Below, piece by piece: positions 29,346 to 38,877 of a DNA stretch of 64,000 nt (positions are counted from its first letter, which is position 1; the number at the start of each line of letters is the position of its first letter). Source of the stretch: an uncultured Clostridia bacterium (GTDB taxonomy: Bacteria; Bacillota; Clostridia; Christensenellales; Borkfalkiaceae). Position numbers and translations under genes: made by a program. Below the pieces are notes generated by a model. That model ran no database searches, had not been told where the DNA came from, and worked only from the letters and a program-made list of their open reading frames with translations. The DNA lies in the NCBI GenBank assembly GCA_947630245.1, contig CANRGR010000001.1:11175-75174 (forward strand). Reading direction: 5' to 3'.

Positions 29346-29999
29346 ATGAAAAAATCTATCGGCTGTCTCATTTTGGGGCTTTCGCTCCTTCCGCTCTTCT
29401 CCGCATGCGGAAAATACGACTACCTCGCCCATCTCTCGGACGTGCGGAGCGACATCTTCCTCGCCGAGACGGAGGACTTCACGCTCACGGTGTCTTGTCT
29501 CGAACGGGAGCGTCCCTTCGCCGCGGACGGAATCGCCGCGCCGCGCGGCAAGACGGTGGAAGCGGTCCTCTCCGAGAAAGTTCCCTCGGGCGCGGAGTAC
29601 GAGCTGTATTTTCTCGGGGATACCCCCCGCGGGGGAGACATGTCCTTCCGCAACGTCACCGACGACTACTACTATTCGCGCGGGGTGAGCGAATTTCCGC
29701 AGGGCGCAATCTCCCTCCGCGTGGTGAAAGACGGCGCGGGGACCGAACTCGTTGCGACGAGCGTCAAAAACGAGGCGACGCTCTCCCCGGAAGAGGCGCT
29801 CGATTCGGCAATCAAAGCGGAAAAGGAGACCGTGGATCCGCTCATGCAGGGGGGAATCTTCCACGGGGAATTTCATGTGCGGCTCGTCCGCCGCGACAAA
29901 AATTATTATTACGTCGGAATCGTGGACGAGCGTGGCGGGACGACGAGCCTTCTGCTCGACGGCGAGAGCGGAGCGGTTCTTGCGCGGCGAAAAAATTGA
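29346..29999 (+). CDS. hypothetical lipoprotein
   Basis: Signal peptide with lipobox LFSAC; 217 aa. The C-terminal third looks PepSY-like (weak call). Confidence 0.6.
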   Translation: MKKSIGCLILGLSLLPLFSACGKYDYLAHLSDVRSDIFLAETEDFTLTVSCLERERPFAADGIAAPRGKTVEAVLSEKVPSGAEYELYFLGDTPRGGDMSFRNVTDDYYYSRGVSEFPQGAISLRVVKDGAGTELVATSVKNEATLSPEEALDSAIKAEKETVDPLMQGGIFHGEFHVRLVRRDKNYYYVGIVDERGGTTSLLLDGESGAVLARRKN

Positions 30000-30071
30000 A
30001 TCCGATGGCAGACCGTTGACATTTTCCGCAAAAAAGGGTATACTGAAAGCGGATACATAGGAGGAAACGCC

Positions 30072-30914
30072 ATGCGGGGATTTCTGCGCCGATTCGGATT
30101 GGGACTGCTGGGAACGTTCACCGTTCTCTTTGTCTTTCTGTCGTTTGCGGCGGCATTCCTCGCCGTGGCGGATCTCTTTACCGAGCGTTCCGCGCGGACG
30201 ACGCCCTCCTATGAAAAGGCGGATCTTTCCGGACTTCTCCGCAAGGAGAGCTGGACGCAGGAGGATTACGATCTGCTGTATTACCAGACGGGTCTGCGCC
30301 CCGCCGCCCTCGACGTCCTCTCCCGTCCCATGATCACGGAATTTCAGACCGCGCTCTTTCATCAGGGGACGGTCGTGCACGATATGGCGTCTCTCGTCAC
30401 GCCGCACGACCGCGTCCTCCGGTATTCCGCTCCCATTGCGCCGCTCGAACGCGGGGACGTGCTCGTCTCTTCCTCCTGCCATACGCTCGGCTGGCGGAAC
30501 GGACACGCGGCGCTCGTGGTGGACGCGGCGGGACAGAGGGTGCTCGAATCGGTCGCGCCCGGGATCGACAGCGAGATCGGCTCGGCGTCGTGGTTCGCGT
30601 CGTCCTCGAACTTCCTCTTGCTGCGGCTGAAAGGCGTCGCCGCCGAGGAACGAGCGAAGATTGCGGACTGGGCGGAGGAACACATGCTCGGGATCCCCTA
30701 TTCCCTCTTCCCCGGGCTCCTCTCCCCGAAGGACGAAGGGGAGAACGTCACGGTGACGAACTGCTCCCATCTCGTATGGCAGGCATACCGTCATTTCGGC
30801 TACGACATCGACGCGGACGGCGGTCCCGTCTGCACCCCGCGCGACATCGCCAATTCCCCTCTCTTTGAGGTGATTCAGGTGAACGGGTTCGATCCGGACA
30901 AGCTGTGGAGCTGA
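30072..30914 (+). CDS. permuted papain-like amidase (YiiX/C92, NlpC/P60 superfamily-like) with N-terminal TM
   Basis: NGHAALVV ... NCSHLVWQAY shows the His-before-Cys order typical of the permuted papain fold. Confidence 0.6.
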   Translation: MRGFLRRFGLGLLGTFTVLFVFLSFAAAFLAVADLFTERSARTTPSYEKADLSGLLRKESWTQEDYDLLYYQTGLRPAALDVLSRPMITEFQTALFHQGTVVHDMASLVTPHDRVLRYSAPIAPLERGDVLVSSSCHTLGWRNGHAALVVDAAGQRVLESVAPGIDSEIGSASWFASSSNFLLLRLKGVAAEERAKIADWAEEHMLGIPYSLFPGLLSPKDEGENVTVTNCSHLVWQAYRHFGYDIDADGGPVCTPRDIANSPLFEVIQVNGFDPDKLWS

Positions 30915-30938
30915 CCCGTTTCGTGATTTCTTTTGAAA

Positions 30939-30986
30939 CGCCGCCCGCGCTCTTTTCAAAGAGCGCGGGCGGCGATTTTGTTTTTT
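30939..30986. terminator. bidirectional terminator between convergent genes
   Basis: 16-bp stem CGCCGCCCGCGCTCTT / AAGAGCGCGGGCGGCG followed by ATTTTGTTTTTT. Confidence 0.8.
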
Positions 30987-31000
30987 ATGAGATCTTTCGG

Positions 31001-32113
31001 CTATTCCCCGATGAAATCCATGAGGATGCGGTTCTGCACATAGAGATATTCGTCGAGAAACTTCGTACGGTCCCCGTCCTCTTCGAAATAAGCGCGGTTT
31101 TTTGCATACGGTACGGCAAAATCGCTCTTCCAATCGCTCCCGAACGCCTCCCGGTAGCGCGCCGCGGAGATCCCGTCCGACGTCCTGAGCGCAAGCATCA
31201 CAAACTCGGACTTTGCGTCCTTCCCCTCCACTTTCTCGTTTTCGACGACGGGCAGAAATCCCGAGAGAATGCACTTCATGTACTCGTCGAGATCGAACGT
31301 GTTGGTAAATCTGCGTCCGAAGAAGAAGGAGCTCGCCGAAACGCCGACGCCGATGTACTCCCCCCGCCGCCAATAGTTGAGATTGTGGCGGCTGCGGAAT
31401 CCCTCTCTTGCGAAATTGCTGACTTCATACCGCTCGTATCCCTCCTTCCGAAGGAGCTGACAGGCGTAATCGTACAGCTCCCGCACTTCGTCGCCGTCGG
31501 GCAGTTCCCCGTTGAGATAATCGGTGTAGATGGGCGTGCCGTCCTCGGGCGTGAGCGCGTACATGGAGATATGGCTCGCGCCGCTCCCCGCCGCGATCGC
31601 AATCGTCTTTCGAAGGTCCTCTTTGGTCTGCCCTTTGAGCCCGAGCATGACGTCCGCCGAGAAATTCTCCCCTTTCAGAAGGGACGTGCAGTAGAGATAG
31701 TCCCTGACGTTATGAATGCGCCCGAGTTCTTCGAGCTGGCTGTCGATCGCCGTCTGCAAGCCGACCGAAAAGCGGTTGATTCCCGCGCGCTTATAGATTG
31801 CGATCTTCTTTTCGTTGACCGTCCCGGGGTTCATCTCGATCGTGATCTCGGGGTCTTTGGAGAGACGGAAGCACTTCTTGATCTGCTTCATCGCGCCATA
31901 GATGTAATCGGGATCAATGACGGAGGGCGTTCCCCCGCCGAAATAGACGGTGTCGAAACAAACGTCCCCGAGCTCCTTTCCCCTGAGTTCGAGCTCCTTG
32001 AAAAGACACGCCATGTACGCTTCGGCAAAATTGAGGCGGTTGGGGAAGGACGTAAAATCGCAGTATCTGCATTTTTGTCTGCAAAACGGAATGTGAAGAT
32101 AAATTCCCGGCAA
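31001..32113 (-). CDS. hemW: radical SAM heme chaperone HemW (HemN-like)
   Basis: YLHIPFCRQKCRYCDF (CxxxCxxC) at the N-terminus; 370 aa. Confidence 0.85.
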   Translation of the reverse strand: MPGIYLHIPFCRQKCRYCDFTSFPNRLNFAEAYMACLFKELELRGKELGDVCFDTVYFGGGTPSVIDPDYIYGAMKQIKKCFRLSKDPEITIEMNPGTVNEKKIAIYKRAGINRFSVGLQTAIDSQLEELGRIHNVRDYLYCTSLLKGENFSADVMLGLKGQTKEDLRKTIAIAAGSGASHISMYALTPEDGTPIYTDYLNGELPDGDEVRELYDYACQLLRKEGYERYEVSNFAREGFRSRHNLNYWRRGEYIGVGVSASSFFFGRRFTNTFDLDEYMKCILSGFLPVVENEKVEGKDAKSEFVMLALRTSDGISAARYREAFGSDWKSDFAVPYAKNRAYFEEDGDRTKFLDEYLYVQNRILMDFIGE

Positions 32114-32114
32114 A

Positions 32115-32423
32115 TCAGTTTCCCTCCCAGAGATATTTGTTAAGATCGACGTATCCGCTTTCGACTTCCACGCCCTCGGCGCGGAGGAGCCTTGCCTGCA
32201 TGTCCGATCCGCCGAAGGCGAAGGCGGGCGCGAGCCTCCCCTCGCGGTTGACGACCCTGTGACAGGGCACGACGACGGGCGTCGGGTTGCGGTGGAGGGC
32301 GTTCCCGACGAGACGGGACGCCCGAGGTCTCCCGATCGCCCGCGCGATCATGCCGTAGGTGACGACCTTCCCCCTCGGCACGCTCTTTACATATTCATAG
32401 ACAGATTGATCGAAATTGTTCAT
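32115..32423 (-). CDS. MGMT-family protein (methylated-DNA-protein-cysteine methyltransferase DNA-binding/active-site domain only)
   Basis: Start at the ATG at 32423 (MNNFDQS). VPCHRVVN active-site motif; 102 aa. Confidence 0.75.
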   Translation of the reverse strand: MNNFDQSVYEYVKSVPRGKVVTYGMIARAIGRPRASRLVGNALHRNPTPVVVPCHRVVNREGRLAPAFAFGGSDMQARLLRAEGVEVESGYVDLNKYLWEGN

Positions 32424-32540
32424 AAGATTTCTTCCTTCCGCCGTCAGATCGCGCTGCGGCGGCAACGCACCCGGTTTAACAATCCATCGAGCGATGCTTT
32501 TCGGCACTGTTCAAGGGGATCATCTCGGGCTTGTCTCTCG

Positions 32541-33115
32541 GTACGACAGCGGAGCGAACTGCGTATGAGGGGATACACTCGACTCCGCGCTTTGCGCTCC
32601 GCTCGGTATGACAACGGAGAGAGGGCGCGTGTCGGTATGACAGCGAAGGCTCTCACTTGGCGCCCCTCGGGGTCCCCGCAAAAAGACGTAGTATTTTTGC
32701 GGGGTGGTATAGGGGAGCTCCGCCCGTAGGGCGGTGAGGGGTTTCTGAAACCCTTTTGAAACCCTTTCGGCTCACTCCGTTCGCCACTCTCTCATGTGGG
32801 TAGAACCCCGCATTCGGTCACCGTTCGCGCGGCAAATGCGCTCACTCATGTCGCATTGCGCCAACAGTTATCAACTGTTGGCAGGATGCAATGCTCCACC
32901 CTTTCAGGGGCAGCAAGGGGGAGGGAGCAAAGAATTTCGTGAACATCTCTGCGCGGAGCAGGGTTCCCCTGCGGTAGCGCCCACAATTTGCGCGATACTT
33001 CGCGCTTGTTGTCCGATGAAACGAAGAAGAGGTTCGGCAAGTTAAGGCGCGAGAGCACTTTTCCTCGAACGATTCTTTTCGACGCAAGCGAAGCGAGCAA
33101 GCAAAGAATCGTTCG
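32541..33115. repeat. intergenic repeat array R4
   Basis: Holds GGGGATACACTC, TATGACA units, the 110-bp module interrupted by an extra hairpin module (32649-32790), and CCCACAATTTGCGCGATACTTCGCGCTTGTTGTCCGATGAAACGAAG...GTTAAGGCGCGAGAGCAC, which is shared with R5 and R6. Confidence 0.9.
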
Positions 33116-33121
33116 AAACCC

Positions 33122-34930
33122 TCAATCTTTATTCGTCTTCAAAATCTGCATGAATACTTCGCTCGGGACTTCGACCGTACCAATCTGCCGCATCCGCTTT
33201 TTGCCCTCTTTTTGCTTTTCGAGGAGTTTCTTCTTGCGCGTGATGTCGCCGCCGTAGCACTTGGCGAGGACGTCTTTCCGCACCGCCTTCACCGTCTCGC
33301 GGGCGATGATCTTTCCGCCGATCGCCGCCTGCACGGGAATCTCGAACAGCTGCCGCGGGATGGCGTCCTTCAAGTTCTCGCACAGAATCCGCCCTCTTCC
33401 GTACGCTCTGTCCTCGTGCACGATGATCGAGAGCGCGTCGCAGATCTCCCCGTTCAGAAGAATATCCATGCGGACGAGCTTGCTCTTTTCGTAGCCGACG
33501 AGCTCGTAGTCGAAACTCGCATAGCCGCGGGTGCGGGATTTGAGCCCGTCGAAAAAGTCATAGACGATCTCATTGAGCGGCAGACGGTATTCGAGTTTGA
33601 CCCGCCGCGCGTCGAGATAGGTCATGTCCTTGAACACTCCCCGCTTGTCCTGACAGAGCTCCATGATCGACCCCACATAGTCGGGCGGGGTAAAGATCTC
33701 CGCCTTGACGATCGGCTCTTCCATGTAGTCGATGTCCGAGGGGGGCGGAAGGTGGGAGGGATTGTCCACATAAAAACTCGTGCCGTCCGTCTTGTGGACG
33801 AGATAGGAGACGGAGGGCGCGGTCGTGATGATGTCGAGATTGAATTCCCGCTCGATGCGCTCCTGAATGATCTCCATGTGCAGAAGTCCCAGAAATCCGC
33901 AGCGGAAACCGAATCCGAGCGCAACGGAATTATCCGGTTCGAACACGAGGGACGCATCGTTGAGTTTGAGTTTCAGGATCGCCTCTTTGAGGTCGAGAAA
34001 TCTGGATCCGTCGAGGGGATAGATCCCGCAAAAGACGACGGGCTGCACTTTTTTATAGCCGGGAAGCGGCTCCGCCGCGGGGCGGTCCGCGCTCGTGACG
34101 GTGTCGCCCACGGCGACGTCCTCAATGGACTTGATACTCGCGGCGATATAGCCGACTTCGCCCGCCAGAAGCCGATCCTTCGGTTGCAGGGAGGGCGCAA
34201 ATGCGCCGACTTCGGTGACATCATAGGTCTTTTCGGAGAGGAACGCCCGGATTTTGTCCCCCACCTTGACCTTCCCGTCCATGATCCGCACAAAGAGAAT
34301 GACGCCCTTGTAATTGTCGTAATAGCTGTCGAAGATGAGAGCTTTGAGGGGCGCCTCGTCGTCGCCGTCGGGGGGAGGAATGAGCTTGACGACCGCCTCC
34401 AAGATGTCGCGGATGTTCGTCCCCTCCTTTGCGGACACACAGGGACAGCCCTCGCAGTCCAGCCCGATGACTTCCTCGATCTCCTGCTTCGCCTCGTCGA
34501 CGCGGGCGGATTGAAGGTCGATTTTATTGATGACGGGCACGATTTCGAGATCGTTTTCGAGGGCGAGATAGACGTTGGCGAGGGTCTGCGCCTCCACGCC
34601 CTGCGTCGCGTCCACAACGAGAAGCGCGCCCTCGCAGGCGGCAAGGGAGCGGGAGACTTCATAGGTGAAATCCACATGCCCGGGCGTGTCGATGAGGTTG
34701 AATTCGTACTCCTGTCCGTCGAGGGCGGTATAGTACATTCTCACGGGCGCAAGTTTGATCGTAATCCCGCGCTCGCGCTCGATGTCCATGCTGTCGAGAA
34801 GCTGTTCCTCCATATCGCGCTTCGAGACCTGTCCCGTCAGTTCCATGATGCGGTCGGCGATCGTGCTCTTGCCGTGGTCGATGTGAGCGATAATGCAAAA
34901 ATTTCTTAAATTCGGATTTGCCTTTGCCAT
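33122..34930 (-). CDS. lepA: translation elongation factor 4 (LepA)
   Basis: [30 protein letters not shown], plus the LepA-specific C-terminal domain; 602 aa. Confidence 0.95.
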   Translation of the reverse strand: MAKANPNLRNFCIIAHIDHGKSTIADRIMELTGQVSKRDMEEQLLDSMDIERERGITIKLAPVRMYYTALDGQEYEFNLIDTPGHVDFTYEVSRSLAACEGALLVVDATQGVEAQTLANVYLALENDLEIVPVINKIDLQSARVDEAKQEIEEVIGLDCEGCPCVSAKEGTNIRDILEAVVKLIPPPDGDDEAPLKALIFDSYYDNYKGVILFVRIMDGKVKVGDKIRAFLSEKTYDVTEVGAFAPSLQPKDRLLAGEVGYIAASIKSIEDVAVGDTVTSADRPAAEPLPGYKKVQPVVFCGIYPLDGSRFLDLKEAILKLKLNDASLVFEPDNSVALGFGFRCGFLGLLHMEIIQERIEREFNLDIITTAPSVSYLVHKTDGTSFYVDNPSHLPPPSDIDYMEEPIVKAEIFTPPDYVGSIMELCQDKRGVFKDMTYLDARRVKLEYRLPLNEIVYDFFDGLKSRTRGYASFDYELVGYEKSKLVRMDILLNGEICDALSIIVHEDRAYGRGRILCENLKDAIPRQLFEIPVQAAIGGKIIARETVKAVRKDVLAKCYGGDITRKKKLLEKQKEGKKRMRQIGTVEVPSEVFMQILKTNKD

Positions 34931-35023
34931 TGCGTTCCTTTCCTGTTTTCCCCATTATAACTTTTTTCCGAAAATTTTGCAACCGCTATTGCGATTTTCT
35001 TTTGCGCGTGATACACTGTTCTC

Positions 35024-35755
35024 ATGAATTTTTTACGAACAATCCCTATTGCGCACCGCGGACTGCACGGGAAAGACGTCCCCGAAAACAGCCTCGCCGC
35101 CTTTTTGCGGGCGGCGGAAGCGGGGTATGCCGTGGAGACGGACGTCCGTCTCTCCAAAGACGGGACGCTCGTCGTCTTTCATGACGATACCCTCACCCGC
35201 ATGACGGGCGATCCCCGCGCCGTGTCCGCCTGCACGCTGCGCGAACTCAAAGAGCTCTCCCTTTGCGGGACGAAGGAAAAAATCCCGACGTTTGCCGAAT
35301 TTCTCGCCGCGCTCGGGGAGGTTCCCCTGCTCCTCGAAATCAAGAACATGCCGCAGGTCAAGGGCGGGCCGCTTGCGGAGCGGATCGCCGCGGAATTTGC
35401 CCGCTCGGGATACCGCGGCGAATATGCGGTTCAATCCTTCCAGCCGCTGTACGTCCGCGCCTACCGTACCCTGCTCCCGCACATTCCCTGCGGAGTACTC
35501 TCGGCGGGGCATCTCCCCGCCGACGGCTTTTCGCCTCCGTTTGCGCGGATCAAGCGGCGGATCGTCACCCATATGAGCCTGAACGCTTGGGTAAAACCCG
35601 ATTTTATCAGCGTCGCCTTCGGCGATCCGCCCCGCGGGACGGAGAAATTCAAAGGCGTGCGGCTTTCGTGGACGGTCCGCTCCGAGCAGGACGAAAAAAG
35701 GGCCCGCGCGCTTGCGGACAACATCATTTTCGAGGGCTACCGCCCGAAACTTTGA
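35024..35755 (+). CDS. glycerophosphodiester phosphodiesterase family protein
   Basis: IAHRGLHG..PENSLAAF...AVETDVRLSKDGTLVVFHDDTL is the GDPD catalytic motif pattern. Confidence 0.8.
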   Translation: MNFLRTIPIAHRGLHGKDVPENSLAAFLRAAEAGYAVETDVRLSKDGTLVVFHDDTLTRMTGDPRAVSACTLRELKELSLCGTKEKIPTFAEFLAALGEVPLLLEIKNMPQVKGGPLAERIAAEFARSGYRGEYAVQSFQPLYVRAYRTLLPHIPCGVLSAGHLPADGFSPPFARIKRRIVTHMSLNAWVKPDFISVAFGDPPRGTEKFKGVRLSWTVRSEQDEKRARALADNIIFEGYRPKL

Positions 35756-35773
35756 TCCGGGACCCCGATTCGG

Positions 35774-35809
35774 GAATGCCGCCGAGGGCTTTTGCCCTCG
35801 GCGGCATTC
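35774..35809. terminator. bidirectional terminator hairpin
   Basis: 16-bp perfect stem GAATGCCGCCGAGGGC-TTTT-GCCCTCGGCGGCATTC between convergent genes. Confidence 0.75.
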
Positions 35810-35811
35810 GC

Positions 35812-38109
35812 TTAAAGATTCCAGATGAGTTCCGCATACTCCTTCACGGAGCGGTCGGCGGAGAACTTGCCCGCGGCGCAGATGTTGAAAAGACACTTCC
35901 TGTCGAACTCCTCGGTGCCGTAATCGCGCAGGAGCTCCTCCTTCACGCGGACATACTCGGCAAAGTCATAGAGGACGAGATAGCGGTCGGGCTGGTAATC
36001 GCTGAGCAGGGAATCGTGCAGGCGTTTGAGCATGCCCTTTTCGTCCGGGAAGGTGCCGTCCACAAGCGTTTCCACGGCGCGTTTTAAGCGGGGATTGGTC
36101 TCTGTGAGCTCCCGCGGACAGTAGAAGCGCTTGACGGCGGCGACTTCCTCGACCGTCGCGCCGAAGATATATTCGTTCTCCGCGCCCGCCTCCTCGCAGA
36201 TTTCGACGTTCGCGCCGTCCATCGTGCCGAGGGTGACGGTGCCGTTGAGCATGAACTTCATGTTGCTCGTCCCCGACGCCTCCATGCCCGCCAGCGAAAT
36301 CTGCTCCGAGATGTCCGCCGCGCAGACGATCTTTTCGGCGTAGCTGACGTTGTAATTCTGCACAAAGACGACCTTCATCTTATCCGAGACTTCTTCGTCC
36401 GAATTGACGAGTTTTGCGATCTCGTTGATGAATTTGATGACCGCCTTTGCGTTATAGTATCCCGGGGCGGCCTTCGCGCCGAACAAAAACGCGGTGGGCG
36501 GGAACTCCTCGATCTCGCCGTCCTTGATCCCGAAATAGAAATAGAGAATGGAGAGCGCGTTGAGGAGCTGCCGTTTGTATTCATGGAGCCGTTTCACCTG
36601 AACGTCGAAAATGAAATCGGGCGAGAGTTCCACGCCCTCGTGTTCCTTGATATAGGCGGCGAGCCGCTCCTTGTTCCGCCGTTTGAGCGCGCGGAAGGCG
36701 GGAAGCATCTCATCCGCAAAGGGCGTGAGCCGACGGAACTGCGTCAGATCCGTGTGCCATTCCTCCCCGATGCGCAGATCAATCTCGTGCGCCAGCTCGG
36801 GATTGTTGAGCAGCAGCCATCTTCTCGGCGTGATGCCGTTGGTGATGTTGACGAATTTTTCGGGATAGACCGCATACCAATCGGCGAACGTCTCGGTTTT
36901 GAGGATGTCGGTATGGATGCGCGCGACGCCGTTGACTTTTGCCGAGACGTAGATCGCGAGATTCGCCATGTGGATGACGTTGTCGCGGATGATGAAACAG
37001 CGGGCGGGATCGAGCCCGTCGCTTTCGAGCTGTTGCTGGCAGCGGACGATCTGGGCATAGACGTCGGGCAGAAGATCGGAGAGCGCGAGCGCGTCCCACT
37101 TTTCGAGCGCCTCCGCCATGATGGTATGGTTGGTGAAGTTGAAGCACTTGCGGCAGAGCGCAAACGCCTCCTCAAAGGAGAGCCCTTCCTTCTGCAACAG
37201 GCGCAAAAGCTCGGGGATCGCCAGAACGGGATGGGTGTCATTGAGCTGGAAACAGAAATAGCGGTCGAGCTCGCGCAGATCGTGCCCCTTCCGCTTCTCG
37301 CCGCGGACAATGTCTTGCAAAGAGGCGCTGACCATGAAATACTGCTGTCTGAGGCGGAGCATCTTGCCCACCATCGTATTGTCGTTGGGATAGAGCACGT
37401 CGCAGATCTTCGTCGCGGCGAAATTTTCCTCCGCCGTGTGCTCGCCCTTCATCTCGTTGAACGCCGAAAAGTCGAACGGCTGTACGGGCTCACTGCTCCA
37501 AAGGCGGAGATTGTTGATCACGCCGTTGCGGTAACCGAACACGGGCGCGTCGTAGGGCACCGCCTTCACGCTCCGGTCCGCAAATTCCACAATGACGGAA
37601 TCGCGCTCGACGCGCATCCCCCACGGGTCGCCCCATTTCGTCCAATCGTCCCCCTCTTCATGCTGATAGCCGTCCTCGAAGGTCTGTTTGAAGAGCCCGT
37701 AACGGTAGCGGATCCCGTAGCCGTCGAGGGGAATGCCCATCGTCGCCGCGCTTTCGAGATAGCAGGCGGCGAGCCGTCCGAGCCCTCCGTTGCCGAGGGC
37801 GGCGTCCTCCACGTCCTCGAAGCGGTTGAGATTCTGCCCGATCGAGGCAAACGCCTTGCGCGCGTCGTCGAGCAGTCCGAGGTTGAGCAGATTCGCAAAG
37901 ATGGAGCGCCCCATCAGAAATTCCGCCGAGAAGTAGGCGCAGCGCTTGCCCTCGGCGGGCGCCTTCCGGTCCGCCAGAACCAACCGTTTGACCGCCTTTG
38001 TGAGCGCGACGTACATCTCCTTTTCTTCCGCCGAAGAAAGGGTTGTGCCGAACTCCGTTCCGAGGATGGCGTCGATCTCTTCCAGAAAACGTTTCCCGTC
38101 GAATTTCAT
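35812..38109 (-). CDS. glgP: glycogen/alpha-glucan phosphorylase
   Basis: 765 aa with the PLP-site signature EASGTSNMKFMLNG. Confidence 0.95.
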   Translation of the reverse strand: MKFDGKRFLEEIDAILGTEFGTTLSSAEEKEMYVALTKAVKRLVLADRKAPAEGKRCAYFSAEFLMGRSIFANLLNLGLLDDARKAFASIGQNLNRFEDVEDAALGNGGLGRLAACYLESAATMGIPLDGYGIRYRYGLFKQTFEDGYQHEEGDDWTKWGDPWGMRVERDSVIVEFADRSVKAVPYDAPVFGYRNGVINNLRLWSSEPVQPFDFSAFNEMKGEHTAEENFAATKICDVLYPNDNTMVGKMLRLRQQYFMVSASLQDIVRGEKRKGHDLRELDRYFCFQLNDTHPVLAIPELLRLLQKEGLSFEEAFALCRKCFNFTNHTIMAEALEKWDALALSDLLPDVYAQIVRCQQQLESDGLDPARCFIIRDNVIHMANLAIYVSAKVNGVARIHTDILKTETFADWYAVYPEKFVNITNGITPRRWLLLNNPELAHEIDLRIGEEWHTDLTQFRRLTPFADEMLPAFRALKRRNKERLAAYIKEHEGVELSPDFIFDVQVKRLHEYKRQLLNALSILYFYFGIKDGEIEEFPPTAFLFGAKAAPGYYNAKAVIKFINEIAKLVNSDEEVSDKMKVVFVQNYNVSYAEKIVCAADISEQISLAGMEASGTSNMKFMLNGTVTLGTMDGANVEICEEAGAENEYIFGATVEEVAAVKRFYCPRELTETNPRLKRAVETLVDGTFPDEKGMLKRLHDSLLSDYQPDRYLVLYDFAEYVRVKEELLRDYGTEEFDRKCLFNICAAGKFSADRSVKEYAELIWNL

Positions 38110-38270
38110 ATCATTTCCTCCTCCGCATAAAGCGGACTTCTTCCTCCCGATTATAAACGGAAGCTATTTTACCAAAAACGGATCGTAAAGTCAATGCCTT
38201 CCAAAACATTTATGCCCGCAATTTCCTCATTTTTTCTATGCGAAATTCCCTTGAATTTACCGAAAGTCTC

Positions 38271-38299
38271 TTGAAATCTTTGCGGGATTGTGATATAAT
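38271..38299 (+). promoter_or_regulatory. sigma-A type promoter (extended -10) for the hydrogenase operon
   Basis: TTGAAA (38271-38276), 17 nt, TGaTATAAT (38291-38299). Confidence 0.6.
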
Positions 38300-38381
38300 A
38301 CCCCCAACGAAGCGAATATCCCGCTGTTTTTCCGGATTCCGAGGAAAAACGCGGCGCAGAAGATTTTCAGGAGGTTGAAGA

Positions 38382-38876
38382 ATGGAACATTGTGCAGCGT
38401 GCGGTACACCCGAGCAAGCGGCGGCTTTGAAGACGCTTATCGAAGAATCGCGCTCCACGCCGGGTTGCCTCATGCATATCTTGCAGGAAGCACAGGCGAT
38501 CTACGGTTTCCTGCCCCTCGGCGTACAAAAGACGATCGCGGAAGGGCTCGGAATCTCTCTCTCGGAGGTGTACGGCGTCGTCACCTTCTACTCGCAGTTC
38601 TCGCTCAAACCCAAAGGAAAGCACCGCATCAGCATGTGCCTCGGGACGGCTTGTTACGTCAAGGGCGCGGATAAGGTGCTCGCGGCGATCGAGGAAGAGA
38701 TCGGCATCAAGTGCGGCGAATGCACTTCGGACGGACTGTTCTCCATCGACAGTTGCCGTTGCGTCGGCGCATGCGGGCTCGCGCCCGTCATGATGATCGG
38801 CGAAGAAGTTTACGGCAGACTTACGCCCGACAGGGCGAAGGAGATCCTCAGAGAATACAAGAAGGAGGAAGCGTAA
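38382..38876 (+). CDS. hydC: NuoE-like [2Fe-2S] subunit of NADH-dependent [FeFe] hydrogenase
   Basis: 164 aa. CLGTACYVKG ... CRCVGACGLAP is the thioredoxin-like ferredoxin Cys pattern. Confidence 0.85.
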   Translation: MEHCAACGTPEQAAALKTLIEESRSTPGCLMHILQEAQAIYGFLPLGVQKTIAEGLGISLSEVYGVVTFYSQFSLKPKGKHRISMCLGTACYVKGADKVLAAIEEEIGIKCGECTSDGLFSIDSCRCVGACGLAPVMMIGEEVYGRLTPDRAKEILREYKKEEA

Positions 38877-38877
38877 G

